Of a stretch of 64,000 nt of DNA, positions 42,992 through 52,792 are shown one piece after another (the first letter of the stretch is position 1; the number at the start of each line of letters is the position of its first letter). A model generated the notes under the pieces. It saw only the letters and a program-made list of their open reading frames with translations, did no database searches and had not been told where the DNA came from. The position numbers and the translations under genes were made by a program. Origin of the DNA: an uncultured virus (IMG/VR IMGVR_UViG_3300031998_000018) (Duplodnaviria; Heunggongvirae; Uroviricota; Caudoviricetes); the IMG/VR virus record IMGVR_UViG_3300031998_000018; one strand, written 5' to 3'.

Positions 42992-43482
42992 ACTCCTGTT
43001 CCCTCCATATATATAATATCTTTATTAAGGAACTGCGCCCATTCTATTTCTGCTTTGGTCGAAGCTCCAATATAACCTGATTTATTGATGACGTAGATTG
43101 CATCAGACATGGCAATTTTCTGTTTATGAATGTCATCAAGTTGTGTCTTAATAACTGGATTATCGGCTTCAATGTCACCAAAGTGACCAAATACGCCAAC
43201 GGATAAGACAATCCATCCCTTAAGGGTAAGTTCTTTTGCTGCTTTGAGGAATTCATCTTTGAAACGAGTGCTGCCGCAGAGAGTGATAATTGGATAGTCA
43301 GTTACTTTATAGAAGCGGCCGCAATCGCAAGAAGAAGATGGCGCATCGCGAAATTTCTTACAAGGGCATTTCGTGTCGGGTGTGTGCTCTAATTCGCAGC
43401 AACAATATCCATCATTGTCTTCGATAGCGCGAGTGATGGCGCGATAATCATCATCATTCGGATTGTGTTTGATTTCGTACAT
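42988..43482 (-). CDS. Cys-rich (ferredoxin-thioredoxin reductase-like) domain fused to NDT-like domain
   Basis: GYCCC...KCPCK...CDCGRF then ITLCGSTRF...HKQKI..SDAIYV...GYIGAST..EI. Confidence 0.6.
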   Translation of the reverse strand: MYEIKHNPNDDDYRAITRAIEDNDGYCCCELEHTPDTKCPCKKFRDAPSSSCDCGRFYKVTDYPIITLCGSTRFKDEFLKAAKELTLKGWIVLSVGVFGHFGDIEADNPVIKTQLDDIHKQKIAMSDAIYVINKSGYIGASTKAEIEWAQFLNKDIIYMEGTGV

Positions 43483-44005
43483 TAGTACCTACCTGCTTTG
43501 CATATTGATTTGAAGAGCTAAGTGATATTCCTAATACTTCATCATAATGTGGTTCATCATTCATAATGAAACGACCAAATTTTATGATAATATTAGGATA
43601 TCGAAGAATATAGGAATAAAGATTTTTAAGGGTAGATGCCTCAGACTCTCCAAGATAGGAGCCAGATTCTAGTTCTTCCTCTGTATAACCTGTATAAATG
43701 ACAATATCGTCATTGCAGTCATAGGTTTCGCGCAGACAGGTGATAAATGATATAAGATCTAACATTGAGTCAAATGGCTCTAATCCAGATAAAACAATCG
43801 CTTCAGTTATGGGATTATGGAGATAGCGTTGAATAATTTGTTCCTTCTCTATCTCAATATCTGGCTCATGTACTAATTCTGAGTTTTGGCAGATCTTACA
43901 TTGGTTGAGATCATCGCACTTAAAGGTACAACTTGGAAAAGCAATATACATAGAAGGCTTTTTGTAGTCATTGAAGCATTCATCAATAATGCCCTTAATT
44001 TTCAT
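43454..44005 (-). CDS. nrdG: Anaerobic RNR activating enzyme
   Basis: CTFKC...CQN, SGLEP, IYTGY, SSNQ; adjacent to nrdD. Confidence 0.85.
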   Translation of the reverse strand: MKIKGIIDECFNDYKKPSMYIAFPSCTFKCDDLNQCKICQNSELVHEPDIEIEKEQIIQRYLHNPITEAIVLSGLEPFDSMLDLISFITCLRETYDCNDDIVIYTGYTEEELESGSYLGESEASTLKNLYSYILRYPNIIIKFGRFIMNDEPHYDEVLGISLSSSNQYAKQVGTNVRNQTQSE

Positions 44006-45917
44006 TTACATTCTCCCATTCACGCATCAGATATTCGTCTTTACGAGGCCTGGACCAGGTCTTGATTGGCGTATAGAAGCCAACAATACGAGTATATTCT
44101 GTAGCGACAGGCCCGCCGCAAACTGGACAAATCTTGCCATAGAAGGCATGATTGTGACTGCATACTTGGATCTTGGTGTTAAAAGCAAAGTAAGTTAAGC
44201 CTTGATCAGCTATGTATTCAGTCATCTTCCAAGCTGTTTCAAAGTTGTTAAATGGCGCTTCAATATTGATGTGCGCTATTGACCCGCCATTGCAGTAAGA
44301 GTCGAAGAGACTTGCGATACGAATACGCTCTTGGATTGTGGTTTTTATGCCGAGAGGAATAAACTGATTACCATAGAGAGGCAGGTCATCAACAACTGTA
44401 TCTGGGAAGAGATACATATCAGCCTTCTGCATCTTAGCGGCCGCTTGCTCACCGGGGATCTGCTCACAGTTGATCTTGTAGTCCTTATCAAGAGCAAACT
44501 GATCTTTGGTGCGATGAATAACCTCGAAAATCTTCTTACCAAAGGCGTCGGCTTGGGAAGTATAGAAGGTATTTCCAAATTCATCTTTACGGATGTATCC
44601 GAAAGTCTTCATTGTTTCGTAGATACCGATGAACCCTACAGTATTATATAGATGCTCAAAATCGACCAGCCCCTTGCTGAAGTTGGGGAGTAGTCCCTTC
44701 TCAACATTGCGCTCGATGATGTGACGCACCACATCAAGAACCTTGCAGTCAAGTTCAACAAGATCTTTGAGTGCTATGAGATAACCTTTTTCATCCTTGG
44801 GATGTTCAAGAGCAAGGCGTGCAAGGTTAACGGTAGAAACCTTAACAGAGCCAACTTTGAGGGCGGTTCCACCGATACTGTTGAAATAGCCGAGGTCGTC
44901 AATATTAGACTTAAGCCTGCAGCAGTTACTCAGTGAGGTCACACTGTCATCAATAAAGAGATTGGAGTCATTCCACTTCATGTTATGACGGACGCCCCAC
45001 TCTGCGAAATCTGGATCAACAAACTTACCATTCTGACGAAGCAAAGATATCGTCAGTACCGGAAAGGTAAACATATTGTGGCTACGGATGTCAGACACCA
45101 CATCCATAAATGTCTTTTGGAATGTTTTAATACCATCGAGTTCATCAATCATAAATGTACCGTCTGGGAACTCAGCGCCACCAAAGAGGGCTTCGAGGTA
45201 AGGTTCATCAAAGACGCTCACGTTAGTGAAAGCGCTCTGCATACCATCGCGCACATATGGTTGATTGACTGCATAAATAAAACGCTGAATCTGCTGACGA
45301 GCATAGTAGTCATCGCTCTTTGTGGCATAGCCATTCGCGCAGTCTTTTTTCCAGAAGTAATACATATATGGAATTAGGTTGGGTAATCCGACGGCGCCCG
45401 AGCTTCGATTTGAAGCAAAGCTAATGAATTCTTTTACGAAGTCGACAAATGTGGACAAGTGCTTTGGCGGCTCCGCATTAAAGTTATTTAAGAAGTAAAG
45501 TCCCTTTTCTGCGAGGTCTTTAAGGTCATAAGCAAAACAATAATGAACGAATGTTGAGGTATCAGCATCGTGCATATAGAGGGCCTTTGTCCATTCTTTA
45601 TTAAGCCATTCATTAGCAGTTTTAAAGCCATATTTCTTGTTTAATTCGTAATAAATCTTGTTATATGCGAGAAGTTTACGATGTGCTTTGGGCATCTCAT
45701 TCATGAGAGTGCGCATATCTTTGCTTCCGACATTGGCATTACCATCAACAGAAGCGTCTGCAACAGTTTCCGCATCAATAAAATTATTGATAAAGTCGGT
45801 GAAACTTAACTGTTCTTCGCCAAATCCATTTAACTGCGCGAACTCCTCACCATAAGACTCAAACATCTTGTTGTATTGAGTGGTAAAATTCTTGGCTAAT
45901 TTAATATTGATATTCAC
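43995..45917 (-). CDS. nrdD: Anaerobic ribonucleoside-triphosphate reductase (class III)
   Basis: FTFPV, SNCCRL, glycyl-radical loop TRIVGFY, CSHNH...CPVCG; GTG start overlapping upstream stop. Confidence 0.93.
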   Translation of the reverse strand: MNINIKLAKNFTTQYNKMFESYGEEFAQLNGFGEEQLSFTDFINNFIDAETVADASVDGNANVGSKDMRTLMNEMPKAHRKLLAYNKIYYELNKKYGFKTANEWLNKEWTKALYMHDADTSTFVHYCFAYDLKDLAEKGLYFLNNFNAEPPKHLSTFVDFVKEFISFASNRSSGAVGLPNLIPYMYYFWKKDCANGYATKSDDYYARQQIQRFIYAVNQPYVRDGMQSAFTNVSVFDEPYLEALFGGAEFPDGTFMIDELDGIKTFQKTFMDVVSDIRSHNMFTFPVLTISLLRQNGKFVDPDFAEWGVRHNMKWNDSNLFIDDSVTSLSNCCRLKSNIDDLGYFNSIGGTALKVGSVKVSTVNLARLALEHPKDEKGYLIALKDLVELDCKVLDVVRHIIERNVEKGLLPNFSKGLVDFEHLYNTVGFIGIYETMKTFGYIRKDEFGNTFYTSQADAFGKKIFEVIHRTKDQFALDKDYKINCEQIPGEQAAAKMQKADMYLFPDTVVDDLPLYGNQFIPLGIKTTIQERIRIASLFDSYCNGGSIAHINIEAPFNNFETAWKMTEYIADQGLTYFAFNTKIQVCSHNHAFYGKICPVCGGPVATEYTRIVGFYTPIKTWSRPRKDEYLMREWENVNEN

Positions 45918-46132
45918 TTCACGCCCTCCCAAGAATTAATCCAATCATTACATTCCTTAACATCGGAATAGCGCACGCCGTCAACTTCAAGTGTTGGGAT
46001 AGTGGTCAAACCAATCTGAATCATGTATTCAGTGTCAGTATTCACTTCGTAGGGAATACCCTTTTTATCGAGTTTCATGGCAATCACTTTACACTTTGGA
46101 CAGGTTGCGCCCTTGTATAAGATGACTTTCAC
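45914..46132 (-). CDS. Glutaredoxin/NrdH-like redoxin
   Basis: CPKC and TIPTL motifs. Confidence 0.85.
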   Translation of the reverse strand: MKVILYKGATCPKCKVIAMKLDKKGIPYEVNTDTEYMIQIGLTTIPTLEVDGVRYSDVKECNDWINSWEGVK

Positions 46133-46347
46133 TTATCGCTTTCCTCCTTCCCACAGACCGCGCAGTAACCGTCTTCCCAGACGTGCTTACATTTACTGCG
46201 ATATGCTTCAATTTCCTTACGCAGTCTTACTGTTTCAGGATTAAGTATGAAGATATCGGGCTGCACACTTAACATTAATTTTTCCTCGAGGTCATGGATA
46301 GTCGTATAAGTTTCTTTTTGCTCGAGTGTAAATTCATCAAACTTCAT
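46129..46347 (-). CDS. Small Zn-binding protein
   Basis: CKH...CAVCG; GGAGG RBS. Confidence 0.7.
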   Translation of the reverse strand: MKFDEFTLEQKETYTTIHDLEEKLMLSVQPDIFILNPETVRLRKEIEAYRSKCKHVWEDGYCAVCGKEESDK

Positions 46348-47479
46348 TGAGTTTTCCTCCTAATTTGCTAGCTGAACATTCATAAAACATTTTGAATAGT
46401 TCATAATGATTTTCTTGCACAAAGGCAAAAATATCTCTAATTTGAGTACGAGTAAAGCATTTTCCTTGATAATACCATTCAGGTTCATCGCTTGTTGCTT
46501 TTGCAAAATCATACAGGGTATCAGTAGGGATCTTTTTGAGATAACTTGCTAACCCTATGCTGTTTAGGCTATTATGATAAAAATTAAAGAGCTACAAAAC
46601 CTATTCCCATCTTGGATCCGTGAAAAAGCCTTCATCATAATTAAGTGTAAAAAATACCCTATAACTTCGTGAAATTATGACTTGCTTAAAAATTAGAGGT
46701 AATAAATCTTTGATAAAATGGTTCTCGTCGTATCGTGACGAGGTTATGTGATAATCAATGGACGAGAAGACCGCGCGCTCTCTGCATATGCCTATCCATT
46801 CACTAAATGCGGCCGGATCAATCACGCCTTCATATTTCAGTCCGAAGAAAGTGCTGTTGGTTTTAAAGGCGCTCCACTTGAGAAGATCTTCACCATTATC
46901 AATCTGGACAGGAAATTTCATGCCTAATCGCGTTGCCCATCCATCAGTTCGCGCCCGGCGCATAATGCGTATAATTTCTTCATAGCCGCCTTCAATCTCA
47001 TTGAGGTTGTAGTCATGGATAATAAGGTTGCGCGCTTGTTTGAGATTATGAAACTAGCGACCGTAGTCAGACCAAACAGTTTTGCCGTCGAGGGAGAGGC
47101 GCATATGTTCGGCTGTTGTTAGATTGTTCCAGATTTTATTGCGGTGGGCATCGCCTTGGATGAATTGATGCATCTTACGATAAAGAGTAGTATCAGGTTT
47201 CATCTTTTCGATGTCAAGTGGAAGTGCCTTATACTTGTTGTTAGAGAAGGCTAGCCCACCATATTCAACATTGGGTTCAGTTAATAAGTTTAAGGGATAA
47301 ATCCCATCTTCATAGTCTTTGCGATAGATAAACTTCTCATGGCGCTCAGGCGTGAAGCTCGGGCAGAATACCACAAGTTGATTATGTCGTTTGTAGTATG
47401 CCGAGAGCTTCATCGCCTCAAGATTAAACGGAACAAGGAGATATGTGGATAAGTCAGCATCCATAATCCCGACACTCAT
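46337..47479 (-). CDS. Hypothetical protein (380 aa, 3 TAG=Gln)
   Basis: ORFs 47054 and 46601 join through TAG; ends TGA overlapping next start. Confidence 0.7.
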
Positions 47480-50400
47480 TCTTCATCGCCTCTAGTTCTT
47501 GTAGTAATTGCGCCATTATCAAAGATTTCATCAATTAGTTCTACACGATGATATGGGGTACTTTTATATTTCTTGGCTATGAAGTCACTATCTTCTCTTA
47601 TACCTGTAACAATGATTTTATTACCACGCGAGAACGCTGACTTCTCAATAACATGCTTCTTTCCATCAGCACCACGCTCACTAATCTGCTTGTCATACTG
47701 TTGGAAGACACCACCATAGATCTTTACAGTGACCACTCCGTCTGTTGTTAACAAGGAGATCGTCTTTTTTGCTTTGTCTCTATCTAGAACAGTTCCCGCA
47801 ATTCGATAAAGTTTGAAGATTGGGATTAACTTACCTTTGATGGGATAATATCTTTCCACTCGCGGGATCTCAGGGATATCCTCAAAATTCGAGAACTCAT
47901 ATACCTCATTATCAACCACCGCTAATTCATGTTCATGGATGTAACATGAGATGCTATCCATTTCCCATTTACTTACTGACCCAAGACAATATTTATTCCA
48001 TACATCTTCAGTCAGTTGTGCGTTTACTTTCTTTAAGAGGTCGGGCGCATTCTTCTGTACAAATGGACGGATAATATCCATATGATGCTGATAAATTTTA
48101 TCCCAATCTGCTTGCCTTATTTGAAAACCGCTCTCAGTATCATCACAAGCAACACACAAATCAACATTAAAGCGATTACTATAGAAATCAAAAGCGATGT
48201 TATCAAGCCCATAATATACAGTTCCTTTTTTCATTTTCTTGATATACTTGTTGAAGTTATATACTCTTCTCACCAAATCATATTCATCTGGGATCAGTCC
48301 AAAATCAATCAACATCTTCATATTCTGCAATGTGATCCTCTTTTTCACATCACTAATCATATCAACATATTGATGCATGACATTTACTCGATCACCAAAT
48401 GCGTCGAAGGCGCCCGACTTGATGAGATTGATCATCTGTGGCTTATTGACTTTTACTTTGTTGAGGAAGTCAATGATTCCACTATACGGTCTATTATCGA
48501 TGATACTTCTGACGAGGTCCGCACCGATTCTTGTAATGCCGCTGAGTCCATACCGAATAGTGTTGGTTTCAATATCTGGGGAGAATGTATAGTTAGATTC
48601 GTTAATATCCGGCGCCGAGATTTTGACCCCCGCTGAAGCAATCTTTCCAATCGCGGACGCAATCTTACCATAGTTAGTTGCTTTAATTTTTTTCTTTTTC
48701 TTGCCGCTTTCTGTGACGACAATCGTGGCCGGATATCCACTCGCGCCGTCATCTTCATCATAACTCGAGACTTCAACATCTTCATCTTCGTCGAACTCTT
48801 CCATTTCCTCATAATAGGGTTCTTCCGTTTTTGTTTCCTCAATAGCTTCTTCATCTATCTCCTCTTCATCATTTCCACCTGCATCGCTTATTAGACAGGC
48901 GCAGTTCCAAAACATGATCGGATACTTATATGCGAGATTCATCTCCTGAAGCGCAATCAAACTATATGCCAATGTATGCGCACGACAGAATGAATATCCA
49001 CGCTGAACTTTTAATAAGATGTCCCACACATAATGCGCCAGCACCATGTCGCATCCTTTTTCTTTTGCATTTTTATAGTAGAACTCTTCACATTCTTCAA
49101 AGAGTTTACCCTGCTTCTTCGCAATCGCTTTACGACATTTATCTGCGAATGACAGATCATTGCCGCCGAGACGTTCATCCTGTAAGAGAGACATCAGACC
49201 CTCCTGAGACTCACATACTCCATTTGTGATTGCATTATTATGACTGAGCCATTCACGATCCTCTTCTTTGAGGCCATAACGGATCATTTCATCATACCAC
49301 TCTTCAATGTTACGACGATACCGCGCCCACATATCGAGTGGCTGCTCCGCGCCCGGTTCACTCGCCATCAGACGAATGACTGAGTTAAGAACCGCAAGTT
49401 CATCAACAGACTGCGGCTTTGCTAACGCAATACCGTTGATACCCGACTGCTTCTCCATCTGGAACAGAGAGTTAATCTGATGATTGAGAACCATATCCCA
49501 CATCTTAGGATCGTTGCGCTCGAGGTTATATATACCAACGATTGAGTTATATGTTTCGCGCAGAGTCGACTTGCGCTCTGCATATCCATAATCGCATAAT
49601 AGATCAATACAATTATGGATCTTATCCATTGCTTCGACCGATAATAAGTCAATCTTAATTAACGATGCATCCTCACAATCATGAAGTTCAAATGCTGTAC
49701 ATATCGTACCATCCGGCGCCCTCATCAATCCAGTTGACTCTGTGAACGGTTCATCGACGAAGATAACACCACCTGCATGAATGCCGCTGCCGCAGATCAA
49801 TCCTTCGATACCGTGCGCGACTTCCCATAATTCAGGGTAGTTCTCTGTCATTTCATAGACAAACTGCTTAATCGGAGGCCACTCGTGCTCTTCATCTCCA
49901 TACATACATTGATCGAGACTACGCAACTGACCACGATCTGCCGGGATTAAACTCGCTATATATTGTGCTATATCTACATCTATATTTAGACCGCGCGCCG
50001 CCGTCAAAACTGCTGACTTGGACTTTTCTGTACGGAAGGTCGCTACATTTGCTACACGATCTTCACCATAGACATTGCGTAGATGCTGAAGAACCTGCGC
50101 CCGTTTGCCACCTTCGATGTCTGTATCAATATCAAGAACTGACTCGCGCTTCGGGTTCAAGAAACGCCAAGGGAATGTTTTTGTCGTCTCGCGCAGCGTA
50201 TTCATCTGAATGATGTCAAGACAATAGAGTAATAAGAAACCACCACCTGAACCACGCGCCGGACCTACGATTGTTCCTGCTTCCCAACATTCATCAATAT
50301 TTTTCTGAAGGTTTAAGAAGTATGCCGACCAACGCGCTTTGTTGACTTCAGATGACTCCCAAGTTCTCTGCAAGTTATCTTCAAGCGCTGCATATGCCTC

Positions 50401-51468
50401 ATCATTTTGAAGATCGGGGTGGCGCTTAATGCCATCAATAACGGCATTTACCAAATATTTATCACTTTTATATTCGGAGTTTAAGAACTTTTCCAGAGTG
50501 GGCATACGTTTAAACCATTCGGGATACTCTGTATAATATGACAGCACATCGCGCCAAAGTAGTTCTGGTATCTTCAATGACTTTTGCAGAGAAAAATCTA
50601 CACATTTTTCTGCAATCTCCTGAATCGTATCATAGGCCGCGCGCACGATCTCAAGATCCTCAAAACTATAAGACATATACGACTCAAGTTCTTTTGTATC
50701 CATAAGATAAGTTGTTGCATAAAACTCATCAACCTCTCGATCGCCATTCTGCGCATTGAGATATGCTTTATGGATCTCTCTGTCTTCTCTTTTGAGATAG
50801 TGACTATCGGTTGTGATGATATACTTAATTCCCGTAGACTGCGCGAACTCATAAATTTTACGATTGACTTTGATCTGTTCCTTATTTTTGCTTGGCTGCA
50901 TCTCCAGATAGAAGTCGTCTTTACCAAAGATACCTTGCATCTGACTTAGCCAGCGCCCGAGGATCTCATCACTTGTCCCACGCAAAATCTGTGTACCAAG
51001 CGCGCCACCCAAACAAGCCGTGCTTCCAATGACATGACCAGGGTTCGCGCTGACTATGTCGATCAGATCCTGATAATATGTTGGAACACGACGCATACCC
51101 CGTGCCATATAACTTCTCTTCCAAGCACGGGTTGATATTTCCATTATTTGCTTTGCGCCTATTAAGTCTTTTGCGATGAGAATGAAGTGATAATACTTAT
51201 CTTTTTCTGTATCATAATTTGTCGAGTTAAGACCATTACGAACCAGATAAATCTCATTACCTCTTAAGACCTTAATATTCGGATGCTTTTTCGCTTCTTT
51301 TTCTATCTTCATCCAGCCACTAATCGTTTCGTGATCAGTGAACGCTACAACCGAATGACCTAATTCTTCTGCTCTTTTAATTAGGCCATCGATCTTGATG
51401 ATACAGTCGCGTAGACGAAGATTTGAATACTCTGTATGATTATGGAGTGAACCACAATAATTCATCAT
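47476..51468 (-). CDS. dnaE: DNA polymerase III alpha subunit
   Basis: PHP (HNHTEYS, FTDH, TTDSHY), GPARGSGGG, LDIDTD, GIHAGG, KIDLL. Confidence 0.95.
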   Translation of the reverse strand: MMNYCGSLHNHTEYSNLRLRDCIIKIDGLIKRAEELGHSVVAFTDHETISGWMKIEKEAKKHPNIKVLRGNEIYLVRNGLNSTNYDTEKDKYYHFILIAKDLIGAKQIMEISTRAWKRSYMARGMRRVPTYYQDLIDIVSANPGHVIGSTACLGGALGTQILRGTSDEILGRWLSQMQGIFGKDDFYLEMQPSKNKEQIKVNRKIYEFAQSTGIKYIITTDSHYLKREDREIHKAYLNAQNGDREVDEFYATTYLMDTKELESYMSYSFEDLEIVRAAYDTIQEIAEKCVDFSLQKSLKIPELLWRDVLSYYTEYPEWFKRMPTLEKFLNSEYKSDKYLVNAVIDGIKRHPDLQNDEAYAALEDNLQRTWESSEVNKARWSAYFLNLQKNIDECWEAGTIVGPARGSGGGFLLLYCLDIIQMNTLRETTKTFPWRFLNPKRESVLDIDTDIEGGKRAQVLQHLRNVYGEDRVANVATFRTEKSKSAVLTAARGLNIDVDIAQYIASLIPADRGQLRSLDQCMYGDEEHEWPPIKQFVYEMTENYPELWEVAHGIEGLICGSGIHAGGVIFVDEPFTESTGLMRAPDGTICTAFELHDCEDASLIKIDLLSVEAMDKIHNCIDLLCDYGYAERKSTLRETYNSIVGIYNLERNDPKMWDMVLNHQINSLFQMEKQSGINGIALAKPQSVDELAVLNSVIRLMASEPGAEQPLDMWARYRRNIEEWYDEMIRYGLKEEDREWLSHNNAITNGVCESQEGLMSLLQDERLGGNDLSFADKCRKAIAKKQGKLFEECEEFYYKNAKEKGCDMVLAHYVWDILLKVQRGYSFCRAHTLAYSLIALQEMNLAYKYPIMFWNCACLISDAGGNDEEEIDEEAIEETKTEEPYYEEMEEFDEDEDVEVSSYDEDDGASGYPATIVVTESGKKKKKIKATNYGKIASAIGKIASAGVKISAPDINESNYTFSPDIETNTIRYGLSGITRIGADLVRSIIDNRPYSGIIDFLNKVKVNKPQMINLIKSGAFDAFGDRVNVMHQYVDMISDVKKRITLQNMKMLIDFGLIPDEYDLVRRVYNFNKYIKKMKKGTVYYGLDNIAFDFYSNRFNVDLCVACDDTESGFQIRQADWDKIYQHHMDIIRPFVQKNAPDLLKKVNAQLTEDVWNKYCLGSVSKWEMDSISCYIHEHELAVVDNEVYEFSNFEDIPEIPRVERYYPIKGKLIPIFKLYRIAGTVLDRDKAKKTISLLTTDGVVTVKIYGGVFQQYDKQISERGADGKKHVIEKSAFSRGNKIIVTGIREDSDFIAKKYKSTPYHRVELIDEIFDNGAITTRTRGDEE

Positions 51469-51497
51469 TCTACCCCTTTTTATCTTTTTCTATATAT

Positions 51498-51526
51498 ATT
51501 ATACTACATTTTCCTATAAAAATCAA
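51498..51526 (-). promoter_or_regulatory. sigmaA-type promoter for dnaE operon
   Basis: TTGATT-17-TATAAT-N5-TAGAAAA. Confidence 0.75.
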
Positions 51527-51679
51527 ATTATAATCCACGACTTATCATTTTCTGATTTGTCGTGGATCATATTTTTATTCTTTTATGTGTTCAACAGTAA
51601 GAATTCTTGATTTGCCATCTCGTACCAAGCAGATGTTAAAGGCTGCTGATTAATTTTTATAGAATCGTTCATAGCTATC

Positions 51680-51859
51680 TTATTTTTTAATTAAATCAAT
51701 CGAAACTATCTTGTACTCACAATCAACGCCAAGCCCGTACCATTCTTTACACTTTTGTAGCGCGAGGTCTTGCGAGGCGGCGACGATTTGACATGACTGA
51801 GTGCGCCACTGTCCTTTGGACATCTCATCTTTATATTGGAATATGATTTTGAATGTCAT
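51680..51859 (-). CDS. Hypothetical protein (59 aa)
   Basis: ATGA overlap with upstream stop; MTFKIIFQYKDEMSKGQWRTQ... Confidence 0.65.
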   Translation of the reverse strand: MTFKIIFQYKDEMSKGQWRTQSCQIVAASQDLALQKCKEWYGLGVDCEYKIVSIDLIKK

Positions 51860-52563
51860 GATAAATTACTCCATTGTTCAGCCATTGCTTCCGCAAATCC
51901 TGGGAAGGTTTGACTGCGTATTCTACTTCGTTCAGATTCAGACAAGCTAGATGCCTTAGCAAACCAGGTGGGGAGAGAGCGACCGCTAGCATAGACGGTG
52001 CGTTTTTCGGGTGTAACTTCATTTGTCTTTTTGAGGAGAGGCAGTCCTTTAAGCCATAGACAAGTTCTCTTCTCAAATGAATCTCCGAACCAATAAGGCT
52101 GGATGATTTGATCGGGTTTACGATAGGAGGTAGACATTACTCCTATGGGGTTCTCAACTGCTATATGGTCACAATTAGCATTGATGAAGGACATAAAGAA
52201 CTTTTTGGCTTCCTCGCGAAGTTTTAAGCGCTCGCGTGCTTTGTCACCGTATTTCTCTACATTAAACCACCGATTACCGGTGACCGTAAGGTAAGTGCAA
52301 GGTGGGTGAGCGATGATTAAGTCCCATTTAGGTACGAAATGATATTGTTCATCCATTGTTTTAAATAAAATTCCTGGATTGGCTACTGGTGCATCGGGAC
52401 AAGTATCATAAGGATTTAAAATACCAAGCACATCTTGTTTAATGTGCCATTCGGGATGCCCACCACTCGGGTCAATTATATCACATGAATACGCCTCATG
52501 GCCGCGCGCTCTGAAAGCAGAGCAAACACGTTGAGACTCTTCACAAGCTACTAATACAAACAT
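51856..52563 (-). CDS. DNA cytosine-5 methyltransferase-like protein
   Basis: VLVACEES, SCDI, WDLIIAHPPC, AVENP, RSQTFPG. Confidence 0.75.
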   Translation of the reverse strand: MFVLVACEESQRVCSAFRARGHEAYSCDIIDPSGGHPEWHIKQDVLGILNPYDTCPDAPVANPGILFKTMDEQYHFVPKWDLIIAHPPCTYLTVTGNRWFNVEKYGDKARERLKLREEAKKFFMSFINANCDHIAVENPIGVMSTSYRKPDQIIQPYWFGDSFEKRTCLWLKGLPLLKKTNEVTPEKRTVYASGRSLPTWFAKASSLSESERSRIRSQTFPGFAEAMAEQWSNLS

Positions 52564-52580
52564 GGCTTTCTCTTCCTTTT

Positions 52581-52778
52581 TTATTCATCATCTGTAATAG
52601 CAAGTATTGCACATGTTATCCAACTTATTTCAAGAAATGTGACTATGCCGAGTACTATTCCATATACTATTCCCCAGCCAAGTGCAAAAGACAATGCACA
52701 TAAAACAGGGTTCGCCATAAAGCATAATGCCATAAGTAAGGCTATGATAATTCTAACTGGAAAACACACTTTACTCAT
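52581..52778 (-). CDS. Small membrane protein
   Basis: Hydrophobic 65 aa (MSKVCFPVRII...). Confidence 0.6.
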   Translation of the reverse strand: MSKVCFPVRIIIALLMALCFMANPVLCALSFALGWGIVYGIVLGIVTFLEISWITCAILAITDDE

Positions 52779-52792
52779 TGGTGCATTTCTTC

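Noticed and set aside
47476..51468. Intein in DnaE
   Set aside because: No C/S...HN splice junction or LAGLIDADG motif seen; extra length is partly the acidic loop
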